Positions 1 through 12,212 of a DNA stretch of 64,000 nucleotides are shown in pieces. Within the stretch, counting starts at the first letter, position 1. Each line of letters opens with the position of its first letter. A model generated the notes under the pieces. It worked only from the letters and a program-made list of their open reading frames with translations, searched no databases and was not told the DNA's origin. The stretch spans positions 2,976,001 to 3,040,000 of the forward strand of contig CDPCPM010000281.1 in the NCBI GenBank assembly GCA_976551045.1, given 5' to 3'. Both the position numbers and the translations under genes were made by a program. This DNA comes from Glaucostegus cemiculus (Eukaryota).

Positions 1-1847
1 ATCTGCCCTTACTTTGCATGCACAGCAAGGTAAAGCCTCCCGTTACTCCCAGACTTCTATCTGGACTGTAACTAACTAATACAATAAAATCCATGACTGA
101 ACCCCAGGCACTCCTGGCTGTGTTGCTCAGCTCACAAAATAAACTTCATAAACCACGAGATAAGTTTTCTGAACCAGCTTTTATTGATAGGTTTCAAAAT
201 GATCTATAAGACTTCCAACCTTGGCAATCACAAAAGTAATATTTATTATAAAAAGCCTGTTGTTTCAAATTGATGGAGAGTGAGCTTTCATCTAATTGGC
301 ATCAAATTAACCTCTTGACACTGAGATTCCAAATTGACTTCTACCTTGACTAGAGGATCTGCCCAAGTCATGAACTTCAAATGGATTTCAAAAAAGCACA
401 TAAGTGCACTTTTTTGCTTTTAACAAACACAAAATGAACACCCAGCTCTGCTTAGGTTGAATCCTACACTGTTCATTACACAGTAAATAGTGTTCCACTC
501 CCTATAAAATAACTAACTAGTGATAGGTGCAACTGGGGCCCCCAAATTATTTTGAGGGTGCCTGGCTTTTAAACAGCATTCTGTTTGAATTCTATGATGT
601 AATCACAGTCCAAAGTAGAATGTAACCCACATTACACAGTAACCTTCTAGACTGAATGAAACACATTTTGGGCTCTGTGCCCAGCCACAAAGGGAACTTT
701 AAATGGCAATCATGACTATTTAAAGCTTGCTGCTTGGTGCTGGCTCAATTAAATCATTAATTTGTCATTATAACCTGTAGCTTTTGATACATTAGCAGGT
801 GTTAGCACAGCCTAAATGTGGCCTTTTCACAACTCCAATCTCTGAAGAGCATTTCCTGTAGCACCAGTCTGCTATTTTGATTTGTCAAACTGTCTACTCT
901 TATGGCCTCCAAGTGCCAGACCTGAATTATGAATCATGCTTTGTGCTGCAGACTCTTTTCCATTGGAAATCAAACTCAGATTGTCCTGAAACATTTCAGT
1001 AGAATCTTTCAGAACCAGGACACAAAGTAGACTTTCATCCCATCTCCAAAGAAACACATGAACTCCAAATCTGAATATTTACATGCAGCAACTATTTAAA
1101 ATCCAGTTCAATTGCACTGAATCACCATCAGTAGAAGAGTGGGCAGATATATGCCACTTAGCTAGAGAACTCAGAAACATTTGTTCACCATAATTACAGT
1201 TTTTATTCAGTTAACAAAATACTATGGTTGTTTTGACGATGTGGTGGACAGCAGCAGGAGCCAGTGTAGCACAAAGCCACAGAAAACACAAGATTGTAAA
1301 CTTTATTTGTAGTCTCACTTTAGCTATGGTGGTGGCATAATTTTATCCAGTTGCGTCTTATATCTTGAGCTGTCCATGGGATGGGGGAAAATATATCCAA
1401 GAGAAGAAGGTGATAGTCCAGCCCGCGGAAATACTGGAGGAGGGTTACCTGTCGCAGCTCTTGGCGTTTTCCAATTTCTCAATAATGTCCTGGCTCGATC
1501 TTCCCTTTCACCTACATATTGTCAACCTTGTTTAAAAGCCAAGCCTTGAAAGCAACCTGGTCTTCATGCAGGTATGATCACAGGATCTTACAAGAGACAT
1601 GGAATGAGTTCTTCCATCCCCCTAAACACATCTTTTGCTAATTGATATGGTGTTGGGTCACCCTGACAGACTCTACAATATGATGTGGAAGAGTTCCACT
1701 GCCACATTACTGCACAGGAAGATGGTCATCCAGTCAAAGGCCTATTGATTGTTTCCATCATCTGTAGTGGAAGGAAATAACCTGCTGCATAAATCTGTGA
1801 TCATACTGGAAGGACAAAACCAAGAACAAAACAATTCACACTAACCA

Positions 1848-2015
1848 GGAACATAGAACAGTACAGCACAGCACAGGAACAGGCCCTTCAGCCCACAATG
1901 TCTGTGCTGAACATGATGCTGAATTCAACTAAGTCTCTTCTGTTGGTACATGACCAATACCTTCCTATTTCCTGCATATTCATTGGTCTATCTAAAAGCC
2001 TCTCAAACACCACTG
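1848..2015 (-). mobile_element. CR1/HER1-type LINE 3' tail fragment
   Basis: CATAGAACAGTACAGCACAG...ACAGGCCCTTCAGCCCACAATG is the reverse complement of the tail at 37230-37285. It recurs at 21468 and 47498. Confidence 0.7.
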
Positions 2016-2384
2016 AAGAAAGAGAGGTTCACAGCAAATAATTTTGTGTGTATATCCCAGATATGTGGTAGTCCAAAATTCTACACGTTGGAAGCTATAA
2101 AAGATCAGATCTGTAATTATCTCAGTGGGATCTAACTCAAATAATGAGCTCAGAGGAAGCACGGCTTACATACATTGAAATAATCTGTCGAAAAATGTTG
2201 CTCTTTTACCTAGCTCTTTGTGTGACTGTGAATAGATCCATTGCACTGTAAGAAGCATCTACAGAATGGTTGAACACTTTGTTTCAGTGAGGGGTTGGTT
2301 GAGGGACTGAACCTCTTTACTGTAATAGTTTCTTCAACTGGCACACAGTCTGTCCAAGTTTTTGGAGAGCAATAGAATAAACAT

Positions 2385-2900
2385 CGTGGAATCTTAAAGC
2401 ATAGTATGTCATATAGTCCAGCATGCCTGTGCTAACTTTCTGAAGGAGCTGTCATATTAGACTCATTCCACTGCCTTTTTCCCACATTGCAATTATTTTC
2501 ATTCTTTCAAATATTCTTCCAATTCGATTTTGGAAGTTGAGATTGATTCTGGTGCCATTACCATTTCAGACAGTGCAATCCAGGACATAATGACTTAAAG
2601 CAAAAATAATTCTCATCTCACCTCTGGCTCTTTTATCAATTATCTCAGGTCTTGTCTGCTGGCTAGAGACACTTCAGCCAGTGAAAAGTTCTTTCTTATT
2701 TAGTCGAACAAAACCTCTCATTATTTTGAATGCTTCTATTAGAACTCCCAATAGCATTTTCTGCTCTAAGAAGAACTGTTCCAGGTTTTTCTCATCTCTC
2801 CATGTAATTGAAGTCTCTTGTCCCTGGTATCATCCTAGTAAATCTCCTCTGCACCCTCGGCAAGGCCTTGACATCCTTCCTAAAGAGGACTAATCTAATG
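2385..2900 (-). mobile_element. Decayed CR1-type LINE 3' fragment
   Basis: Remnants such as CATCCTAGTAAATCTCCTCTGCACCCT...CCTTGACATCCTTCCT are the reverse complement of the CR1 ORF2 'D...LE.VQRRFTR' region. Confidence 0.65.
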
Positions 2901-3679
2901 AGTGGTATAAATGACAAATCTGGTTTATTAAAAGTAACAATTACTTAGCAGCAGAAAATCAATATAGAAGATTTCAGTTAACTGTGATATAAAAAAATAA
3001 CAAAAAGCCTTGAGTTTGAGTGTATATCAGGGAACCACCACTTTAATTTTCTTGATAGTATTCAACTGGGACTAGTACTTGTAACAATGGCTCATACAAT
3101 GTTTCATACAATGACGTCTTTGAGTGCTCAACTCCATTTCAGTGTTCCCTCTAAAACTACAGAGCTTGGAATAAACTATCTGAAATGGATGTTTCATGTG
3201 CAAGTTCAAACTCAAAGCTGAAATATTTAAAAAGAAACAGAAGGCTTCTCCCATGGTTTAACCAAACTTGTCATATTGGCTACTTAAGTCCAGCCAGATG
3301 CAAGCCCCAGCCTATTTCAAATTAGATAAAATGATTATTTTCAAATAGAACACAGCCACTGTGCAAAGCTTTGTACAGGGATAATACTTCTGAAGTAACA
3401 ATTTAAATAATTCTACACCAATCTTTACCTACCATGTAGCAAGTTGAGAGACAGGTAGCAGAAGATTATTTTCAAATGTTAAGTCACAGCACATCTCAAA
3501 TCTTTACATTAAAATATCCCAAAGTAGGGTGCACTTCTTATCAACAATTTTCATAAATTAGGTGTTTCACATGAAAGATTTATATATGGTTTTCAAATAT
3601 AAATTATCACCATATGTATAATTCACAAGTGAGCTGATAGAGTTTTAAGGATTGATTTTGCTGAAATTGTAAAAGTCAT

Positions 3680-4340
3680 CAATTCAAGTGTGACCATATA
3701 GAGTTTTCAGATGATGATATGTGGTAGATGTGGGGAATATGGTGGAACTGGAGAACAGAGACTTTCAGGAAGTCTTTGACAAGGTTCCACAAACAAAAAT
3801 GATCAAGAAGATTGAGAGGTATGGAATTAGAAGGCAGAAAACTGAATGAAACACTGGATAGAAGATACTAAATAGTGTAAATTACAGGCAGTTTCTTGGT
3901 GGTTAGAATCCACTCTGGATCCAGTTTTCTTCACTATGTATGCCCATGATTTGAATACTGTATCCACATTTTCATATGATACATAAAATAGAAGAACCAA
4001 GCTATTAGCTAATAGAATGCTAGGTAGTGCAGAACATTAAACTCTTGATGAAAATGTGGAACAATATAAAATTTCTGTAAGGGAGTATAGTGTGCAGTTA
4101 GAACTATAACTAAATTATTGGACACTGCCCAGAAGGAGAAAATACCAAGGTAAACAATTTGAAAAACAGGAGCTGTTTTCATTAGAACAAAGAATTTTAA
4201 GTGTGTTTGGCAGAAGTGCTTAATAATTATACAAATATGGACAAATTCAAAGAAGCAGATTGTTTCCACTACTTAAGTGGTCTGGAAGATGGATGCAAAA
4301 TGATTGGTGGGGCTAAACAATCTGTTTCTGTGTAGTAATT
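3680..4340 (+). mobile_element. Highly decayed CR1-type RT fragment
   Basis: GACTTTCAGGAAGTCTTTGACAAGGTTCCACA resembles the RT motif DF.KAFDKVPH. It ends in a CR1-like tail (GGGCTAAACAATCTGTTTCTGTG). Confidence 0.55.
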
Positions 4341-7300
4341 TCTACCTAATTCTATGTAATAGCAGTAAGCAGTTGGCCAATCTTGGAATCATGTTTCTGT
4401 AAAGTATGTCATTAGCCTACAGCTAGGATCTGGGTAAACAACTAACATACATCTGCCAAGGATGGCTGTTTGGAGCAGGATATTTCCTGTAGTCAAGCAC
4501 ATTTCAAAAGAACCTTGCAATTTAGGTAACAATTGGAGAAATTATGGCAATAGCCTAGATTTTGTGGTAACAATGACAGCAAAAATACCAGAATCTGGCA
4601 CCATTAAGAAACCAACAAAAACCATAATGTGGGAAAATGGACAAACTAGATGTGTTCTCAGAGCAATATTTTTACATTTTGCTACACGAGGTGTGAGAGA
4701 GTTTTTAATGGCCATAATTATTGCTTAGCAAACTGTCTAGCTCTAAAGTACTACTTTTATTTAATTTCTTCACATGAATTCTTAAAAATGAGATTTTAAT
4801 TTTTAATATTAATAAATATATTAATTTCATATGCACACTTACTAATTTTTACCAATGTTTAAAAATAATTAGAATTGTATCTTTTGCTCCTTTGTATGCT
4901 GTGAGAGTTGTTTAATGTGATTGGCTGCTCAGCTACTTGATGATATCATAATCCTGGTAACCAGAACTTTGGAAATACCCTTGAACACAAGTGTCAGATA
5001 AAAGGAAGTTCTCACCATAGTGATCACTTGATTATTGGAGCTCTCTTTGAAGTCAGCAACAAGTGTTGTGAGTTTGTTGTTGACTATAAATTCTATGCCA
5101 ATAAAAGTCACAGCTGTCATTTCACTGAATATCACAATACATTTGGAAGACTGATAGTTTCAGGCAGTTGGATGAAATGGTTACACTATCTTTCCAGTTC
5201 ATGGGTTTTGGCATAAAATCTGCTCTTAGGAAATTGAGCTGCACAGGCTGCTCAATACCACAATTCTGCATATATTGCTAAAGATTTTCACTTACAATGT
5301 CTGTTTTTGGAATGAAGTCCACTGCAGCAACTTACTAATCTTACTTGAACAGCAGTTCCCTCCACTTTGCACTCTACTATCCTATCCTAAAAGCAGCAAC
5401 ATTATGGGGACATCTGCAACCTCCCTGTGGAAACCACTCTCATCTGGGCATAAACCTTTGCTCCTTCATTGCCACGGGATCAATATCCTGATTTTCCCTG
5501 TCTAACTCCATTGTGATCATATTACCCCCTTAATAACTGCAGTTGTTCGAAGACGAGGCCCACCATCACCAGGTCAAGCCAACAGGACTGTCCGTTAAAT
5601 ATGATCTAAATCCTAAAAACAATAAAAAGTGATTGTTTCCCCAATCTGACATTTCATTTTTGGAAATAATCATGAAAGTAGTAATTCCAAAGTTACGTGA
5701 TCACTTTCTGCAGTGTAGCTGTAATTGTAGGGCATAAACCAGATGCATTTAGTAATTAAACACTGGGCAAAACAGTGATGGCTTGATGGAAAGGTATTTC
5801 ATGAAATTGATTGAGAGAAAAATGCAATTAGTCCACTTAGGTATGTAGTTAATAATGAGGATACTGGAAAATGCTTCACTATCAACACAGTCAATGGCCT
5901 CTCCATCTTGGATTACCTGAACAGTAGATCACTGTACTCACTGATTAAAATTTATTTCTGGCTGGAAACCGATTTTGTTTTTAGTAATCATCGCTTGTGG
6001 AAAGCTCAAAGGAAATATTAATCCAATTAACTGCAATTAATGGTTATCCAATTGAAATGAAGCTCTTTTAAAAGACCGGCCAGGTCCGTATAATTTTGGC
6101 AGCTCTAGGCTGCAGTTTTCATCAGATGAAATCTCCATTTTTCTTACAATTGACTTTAAAAATCCCGTGCCATCTTTTCTTCAGATTTCTTTGCCTTCAG
6201 CAGATTGTACTTCCAAATCTTAAGGTTGTTAGTGATAAAATCCTAGGACACGGGACTCAAATGAAATGTCAAATTGTTAGTGAGCTTATCACATCATTTA
6301 TTGAGAAACTATTTTCTCAATAGCTACTTTTTTTTTTGCATAAACACCATTGTGTCTTATGAAAATTGACTGCAAACTTAATTTAACCTATACTCTTTGC
6401 ATACTCATTCAGCTCACTAAATTAGGGTGCAATTTATTAAATTTGTTTTTGGAGCAAATCACCATTTCCTTTGACAGCATTTTACAGGCGCCCACCTCTC
6501 TTAACTTAATGACAATTCTAAAGAAATGACATTGACTGGCAGTTGACAGACTGGTTAGCTTTCCATCATAGTTGAAGCATCATGACCAGACACTTCCCAC
6601 ACTGCCAGACAAGCATCTCCCAGCAGACGCAAAACAAAAAGCCAGAGAAAAATCGTGGCCAAAGGGAGCAAAGAAAAGTGATAAAATTCCTCTGATAACT
6701 ACCCCCCGCCCCATATCGCTATTAGTCGATATGCTTTATATTCAGTTCTACAGATCACAAAGTAATTTCACTTTACAGTTTAAAATAGTGGCCAGTTGCC
6801 TTCCTTTTCACACTTATTTGAATAGTATGTCCGTGAAAATCAATAAATCTCATTTGTTCCTTCACAAGATTCAACTATACTTTTATGAGGAAGAAATACG
6901 CAGAACTCAGCCATCTTTACTAGTGAAAACTTTGCATATATATGCCAAACACTTTGGACAAATGCAATACTGGGCCAGAATTTCCATTGGTAGGGCATTA
7001 GTTAAAAATATACATACACCCTTCAACTTAAAGAAAGCCAACTTCATGAAAGTGCAAAGTAATAATAACACAAAGGAAACAGAGCATCTGGAACAGCTAA
7101 GGGCTGAGCATTCTTCAGCCAATGAGACTTAAAGAATAAGAAATAAATAGTTAAGTATCAGGAACCTAAATTAAATGGGAATTGAATGGCAAAGAGAGAG
7201 TTCACAAAGCAAGAGAGGAAAAGTGCTGACAAGCTATTCAGAATGTCATACTGAACATAACCTGAGAATAAAGAGTTGGTGATTCAGGTTGCTTTTTAAA

Positions 7301-10300
7301 CTGACTAGTTCCAGGATTATGTTTGCATTTTAGACTTTGTGCATTTGCTAATATTGGTTTTGTGCAAGGACAAAATGGAAGAATAGATTAAGAGAAAGAA
7401 AAAAAAGGTAAAAATTTGTTATTTTTAAAATTACTCTAAATGATGCACAACTGATTCCATACAAGTATTTATTTTTGGTGCTATAGAGGTTGATTAGCAA
7501 TCAAAATATTTATCACATTATAAAAATGGCAGCAATACTTGGAATTACTAGCACTTCACGTCCAGTGGGTTTGGTTTGCGTCGACTGCACAAAAATATAA
7601 ACTTTACAACATTCTCCATGATCAACTGTGATACACACAGTGGGATGCTGTTTTTGCAAAGCATTACAACCCCACCACCAACATTTGGATACTACTTAAA
7701 GTTAACTGCCCTGTCATACCACTTACCTGTAAATAACAAAAACCATCATTAGCCTCACTATCATGTTGACAACTGACCTGGTTCAATAGAAATCTGAAAA
7801 GTACAAGTCATGAAAATGGGGACTGTCTAATTATAGAGAAAAGCCTTGAAATCTGAATTTTAAAATTATATTTCAGTACAAAAATAGCCTGAAAGTGAAA
7901 ACTTCATTAAAAGCAGAATACCACTGATAATTATTTATTAGATTTTCAAGGGAGCAAAAATATAACCAGATTCAAGTAGTCCTGCAGAATCCACTGAAGG
8001 TTTCTAATGCTGCCATAATGCTCAAGTATTCATATTTAAACTAGACTTTAGATTTCAGCTTGCACTTGAAAGTGCCTCCTTTGTCCTTCGTGACAATTAC
8101 TGCAGGAAGACCCTGTGGCTCTGATTCTTTAGCGGATGCCATCTTTAATGATGATGTATGGGTGTCCCTTTCCTCCACGCTGCTGCAGGTCAAATGCATG
8201 ACATCGCTGTATGTGTATCAACAAGCAAATTATAAACCGTGTCAATCTGAGTTAATGCAAGGCTATAATCCCTTTACAAGAGATCTAATATGTGGCATGA
8301 GTTATGTTCATTTTGTAATCTGATAAGAATAGAGTGAGTTACAACAGTCTAATAAAAGAGTAATGAGGCTCCTTAATGACACTGTTAAAAGGTAAAATAA
8401 CTTAAAATATTGCTCTTGTAAAAACTGATTAAATCTGTGTTGCATACTTGCCCTGTCCATTGCTACTTGTCAGATAGGCCATAGATAAGAGTAGGAGAAA
8501 GGCATCTGACTGTTCAAGCACTGTAATCAGCTAAATTCAAAGAAGAATGCATATGATATCTCTACTAAGTTATGTGATGTTTAGTAAAATCCACTTAGCA
8601 GATAAATAATGATAAAAATATGATCTTCTGAATAGAAGATGTAGCTAAATTGATTTCTAATTCTAAAATGCAATGTTGGTAATGTCAGAAATCATTGATT
8701 TTTTAAAAATTACTCCATGAAAATTGAGGTAAGTTATTTAGCAGCTTCATCAGACTCTAGATCTCACTATCTTAACTCCAAGCCAAGGAGGGAATTCTAT
8801 CAATTCAGTTGGGTTTGCATTCAAACCCAGACCAAAACAGTAAAGTCTTCCAACCCAACGTGGCACTCTTTTCCCCTTTTTATTGTAATGTTATTTTCAC
8901 CCTTGATTGCAAATGATTAAAATAGCATTATTTTGTGATAGTGAATTGAGAAGAGCTAATGGGACATTTGTTTGAAAATCACAGTTAAAATATTTTTGGG
9001 CGTTCTTAAGAAAGACTGGAGGAAGGAGCAATAGTGAGTCTTCAGTTATGAATGTGGCATATACAGCAGTGCATATCATCACAGAGATTGCTGTGCAAGG
9101 ATAGAAGTTCAGGTGCACAAGTGAGAACAAAGCTATATCTTCCAGCTGGACAGGTGGCACCAACTGTTGATAAACTGTTGGGACCTTCCTTAATGCCCAG
9201 ATTGTCATAAAAGTGTGGAGATCCAGGTGGCTCAAACCCTGTAGTCCAAGCTCCTCTTAGCTGATTGCTAGTACATTGATATACTAAGGTATTCAACAAG
9301 ATCAATGCACCATTACTCTGAACCTTGTACACTAGAAATTATCAAATGTAAAATTACAGAGAATGTATTAAAAAAACTGTCAGCACTGCAATTACAATAG
9401 CTACAAAAGAAATACATCAAGATTCCAAAATCCTAGAACTGAGGAGAGATAAGGAAAATAACACTAGTCAAAAGAACAATAAAAGGGAGAAGATAATGCA
9501 AAAAAAAACTCAATCCTTTTCAAGGGATCATTTCAAAATTCAAATTCTTCAACACTTGGGATCAGGAATATCTTGTTTACGTCAAGGATCTGAAACATAT
9601 GCTCTATTGTATAGAGATAGTTGGATTAACAGCTAAAATTATACAACTCTCTATCAGAAGGTAGTAAACTCAACTCACCGACTTCCTGTCAGTCAAGCCT
9701 GCTCTAGGTAGGGCTGTTCTGACCTCCAAACTATAAATGATAGTGGTAAACAGTCTCCAGGGATGAGCTGTTGTTATTATTTGAATATATAAAAAATTGC
9801 AGAATTGGAGAAAACAATTAAAAGAAAACAAATTAAAATTTAGCTACATCATTTTAGTTTAGGGAAATTTGTCTGATTTTAAGTACATTTACTTTAAAGA
9901 CATAAATTTATGTTTTAAAGGATCTATGGTAAGTTATGTACATTCAGTTGCAATAATAATGAATGTATTCACCATCATTTACCATATTACAAAATAAATA
10001 TTAATGCAGTCAAATCATAAACTTGCACATTATTAGTTATCCAGGTCTGATGGACAAATGGCATCCTGACATTCAGAAGCTCACAAAAATATCTATTCAA
10101 TTTCTTTACTGGTTCTGTACAGTCAGGTAAGTATATTGTACAATGTCAAGAAGGTAGCTCACTTGTCTTTTCCAATGGGTACACTGTACTTCATTACCCA
10201 GTATTGTACATATAATGCCATCAAAAACACTTCTTACTGATTTACTACAGTCTGGAACTGCCTTCCTTTACAATCCTTACTTCTGACACAATCCAAACAC

Positions 10301-12140
10301 ATAACTCCAAAGCAACAGGGCTTTTTTTAAATGATGCCTATAATAATCACCCATAAATACATGAAAAACTTCCAAAATTTGGAAGGACATAGCATTTCAA
10401 GCCACAGGAGTTATCATTACTGCTCACATTTGAATGCTTAACTTTGCTCTACTGGATAATGCTAATTCCAACTGCGTGTCTTCTGCTCAAGAAAGCGAAG
10501 AGCAGACACTGCGATTTTCCAAAACACTGAGTACTCCAGATAAAGCTAATAATACACAACTGAATAAAGAACATTTCCATTAGACAAAGCATGCATTTTA
10601 AAATTCTTTTTAATCCAAGCATCTTCCATATTTGGGGAAATGACCTTTCCTAATAAGCAATTCATCAGCAAATTATGGATTATTATATACAAGAATGATA
10701 CCAAAATACAACTTGTTACCCTAGAATAAAGAGCTGCCTCTTTTGCCTCCTAGTTGCATCTTTTCATTGAACTCTAAAATGGTTTCCTACAATCTGGTGG
10801 AGACTGATGACTTCTCCGAACAGTATTACCACGCAGGGTCACGAGTTGTCACCTTATATGCAAACCTTTTGGCTTTAATACTATCTTAGAGGAGCACATA
10901 ATATGACAATTAATTGGAAAGAGTTGAGTAACTAACAAGAAACTTGTCTCACCTTATTCTTCAGTGAAACCTACCCTTTACTTCTACTTGTCAGCATTAA
11001 TCAAACTAAATTATAATGAATGCCAAAAGCTATATTTTATGAATATATTACTGGTTAATTTATATTCAAGGGTTCTCACTTATTCTGAAACCACCTTGTT
11101 GAGGACAATGGACATTTAAATTGAGTGTTCACTACAAAACCTGAGATAGTAAGAAGTTTTTGAAACACAAATACTTACCAAATAAAAGCCAGAATCATTG
11201 CAAAATAATCAGATTCCACCTAATTTGGGGCCAAATGATCACAGTCTGTGACCATTTGTCTGTACAGTTTGTTTTTGTTCTCTGGAGACCCTAATCTCAA
11301 ATGGTAATAATCTGTCCATTACTAATGGACTACATTCAGTGTTTATTTGCCAATATCACTTTTCACATGCTCAGTAAGACCAATAGAGCAAAACTTCGGA
11401 AAGTCCTGTGTGTTGAGGTTGGAATGTAGTTAAGTAAGGGGATTTATTACTTGTATTGTCAGAAAAGCATGGTCTGTATGGTCTAATTCTCTGTTCTGTA
11501 GTGTCAGGCTTTGAAGTGAAAGTTTGCTATGATTTCCCCATTCATCTTAATGAGCAATGACTTACTCATTACTTGGAGAAAAAAAGCATCACCCAAAATA
11601 TAACATGTCTGCTAATACTATTAATTTACATACAAAAGAATTTAAAAATTAAATTTCTCATAATTTAATGCATTAATGCAAAGACACACATTTAAATAAA
11701 ACAAACTGGGCTTTGAAGATATCCTTTCCCAAGATCAACCCACTGCAACATAGAGCTACTGCAGTGACTTCTTTACCCATTATGAAGAATGGTAAGTGTT
11801 TTTATACAACTTTCCAAATCTAACATACTTTTTATATTATGACTTTTCAGTTTGCTCTGCAGCATATCACAAAGGTGATTACAGCTCAGTGATGGGAGTC
11901 AATCTGTATGGCAATGAACCTCGGGCCAATCATAAATTTGCAATTATTTCTCTTTTACTAGCATTATAATTAGAGGAATGAAAGAAGCAAGATCACTTCA
12001 GTAGATCTGGCATGGCTGTACTTTGATGCCAGTGACAAATGGTGATCTGATAACAAGAGAAGGGGCAGGTGATGGGTTGAAGAACAGGTCAATATCACCA
12101 TGCCATGAAACGCATTTGATGACCGTAATTTATTACTTAC

Positions 12141-12212
12141 CTCGCATCATCGTTCATTGTACTCTGGTCAATAGGTGCCATGAAACTCACTAATTTGTTG
12201 TGAACATGGAAT
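12141..12212 (-). CDS. AATF: AATF exon 11 ([24 protein letters not shown])
   Basis: Acceptor TTTTTTTCCAACAG and donor AG|GTAAGT. 72 nt, phase 2-2. Confidence 0.96.

Noticed and set aside
6572-7132. Longest ORF in the track (186 aa, + strand)
   Set aside because: It starts at TTG, has no recognisable domain or splice context, and is antisense within an AATF intron. Consistent with a chance ORF.
10810-10835. Minus-strand L-F-G codons as a possible AATF last exon
   Set aside because: The preceding residues do not resemble TELxxS and there is no suitable phase-2 acceptor.
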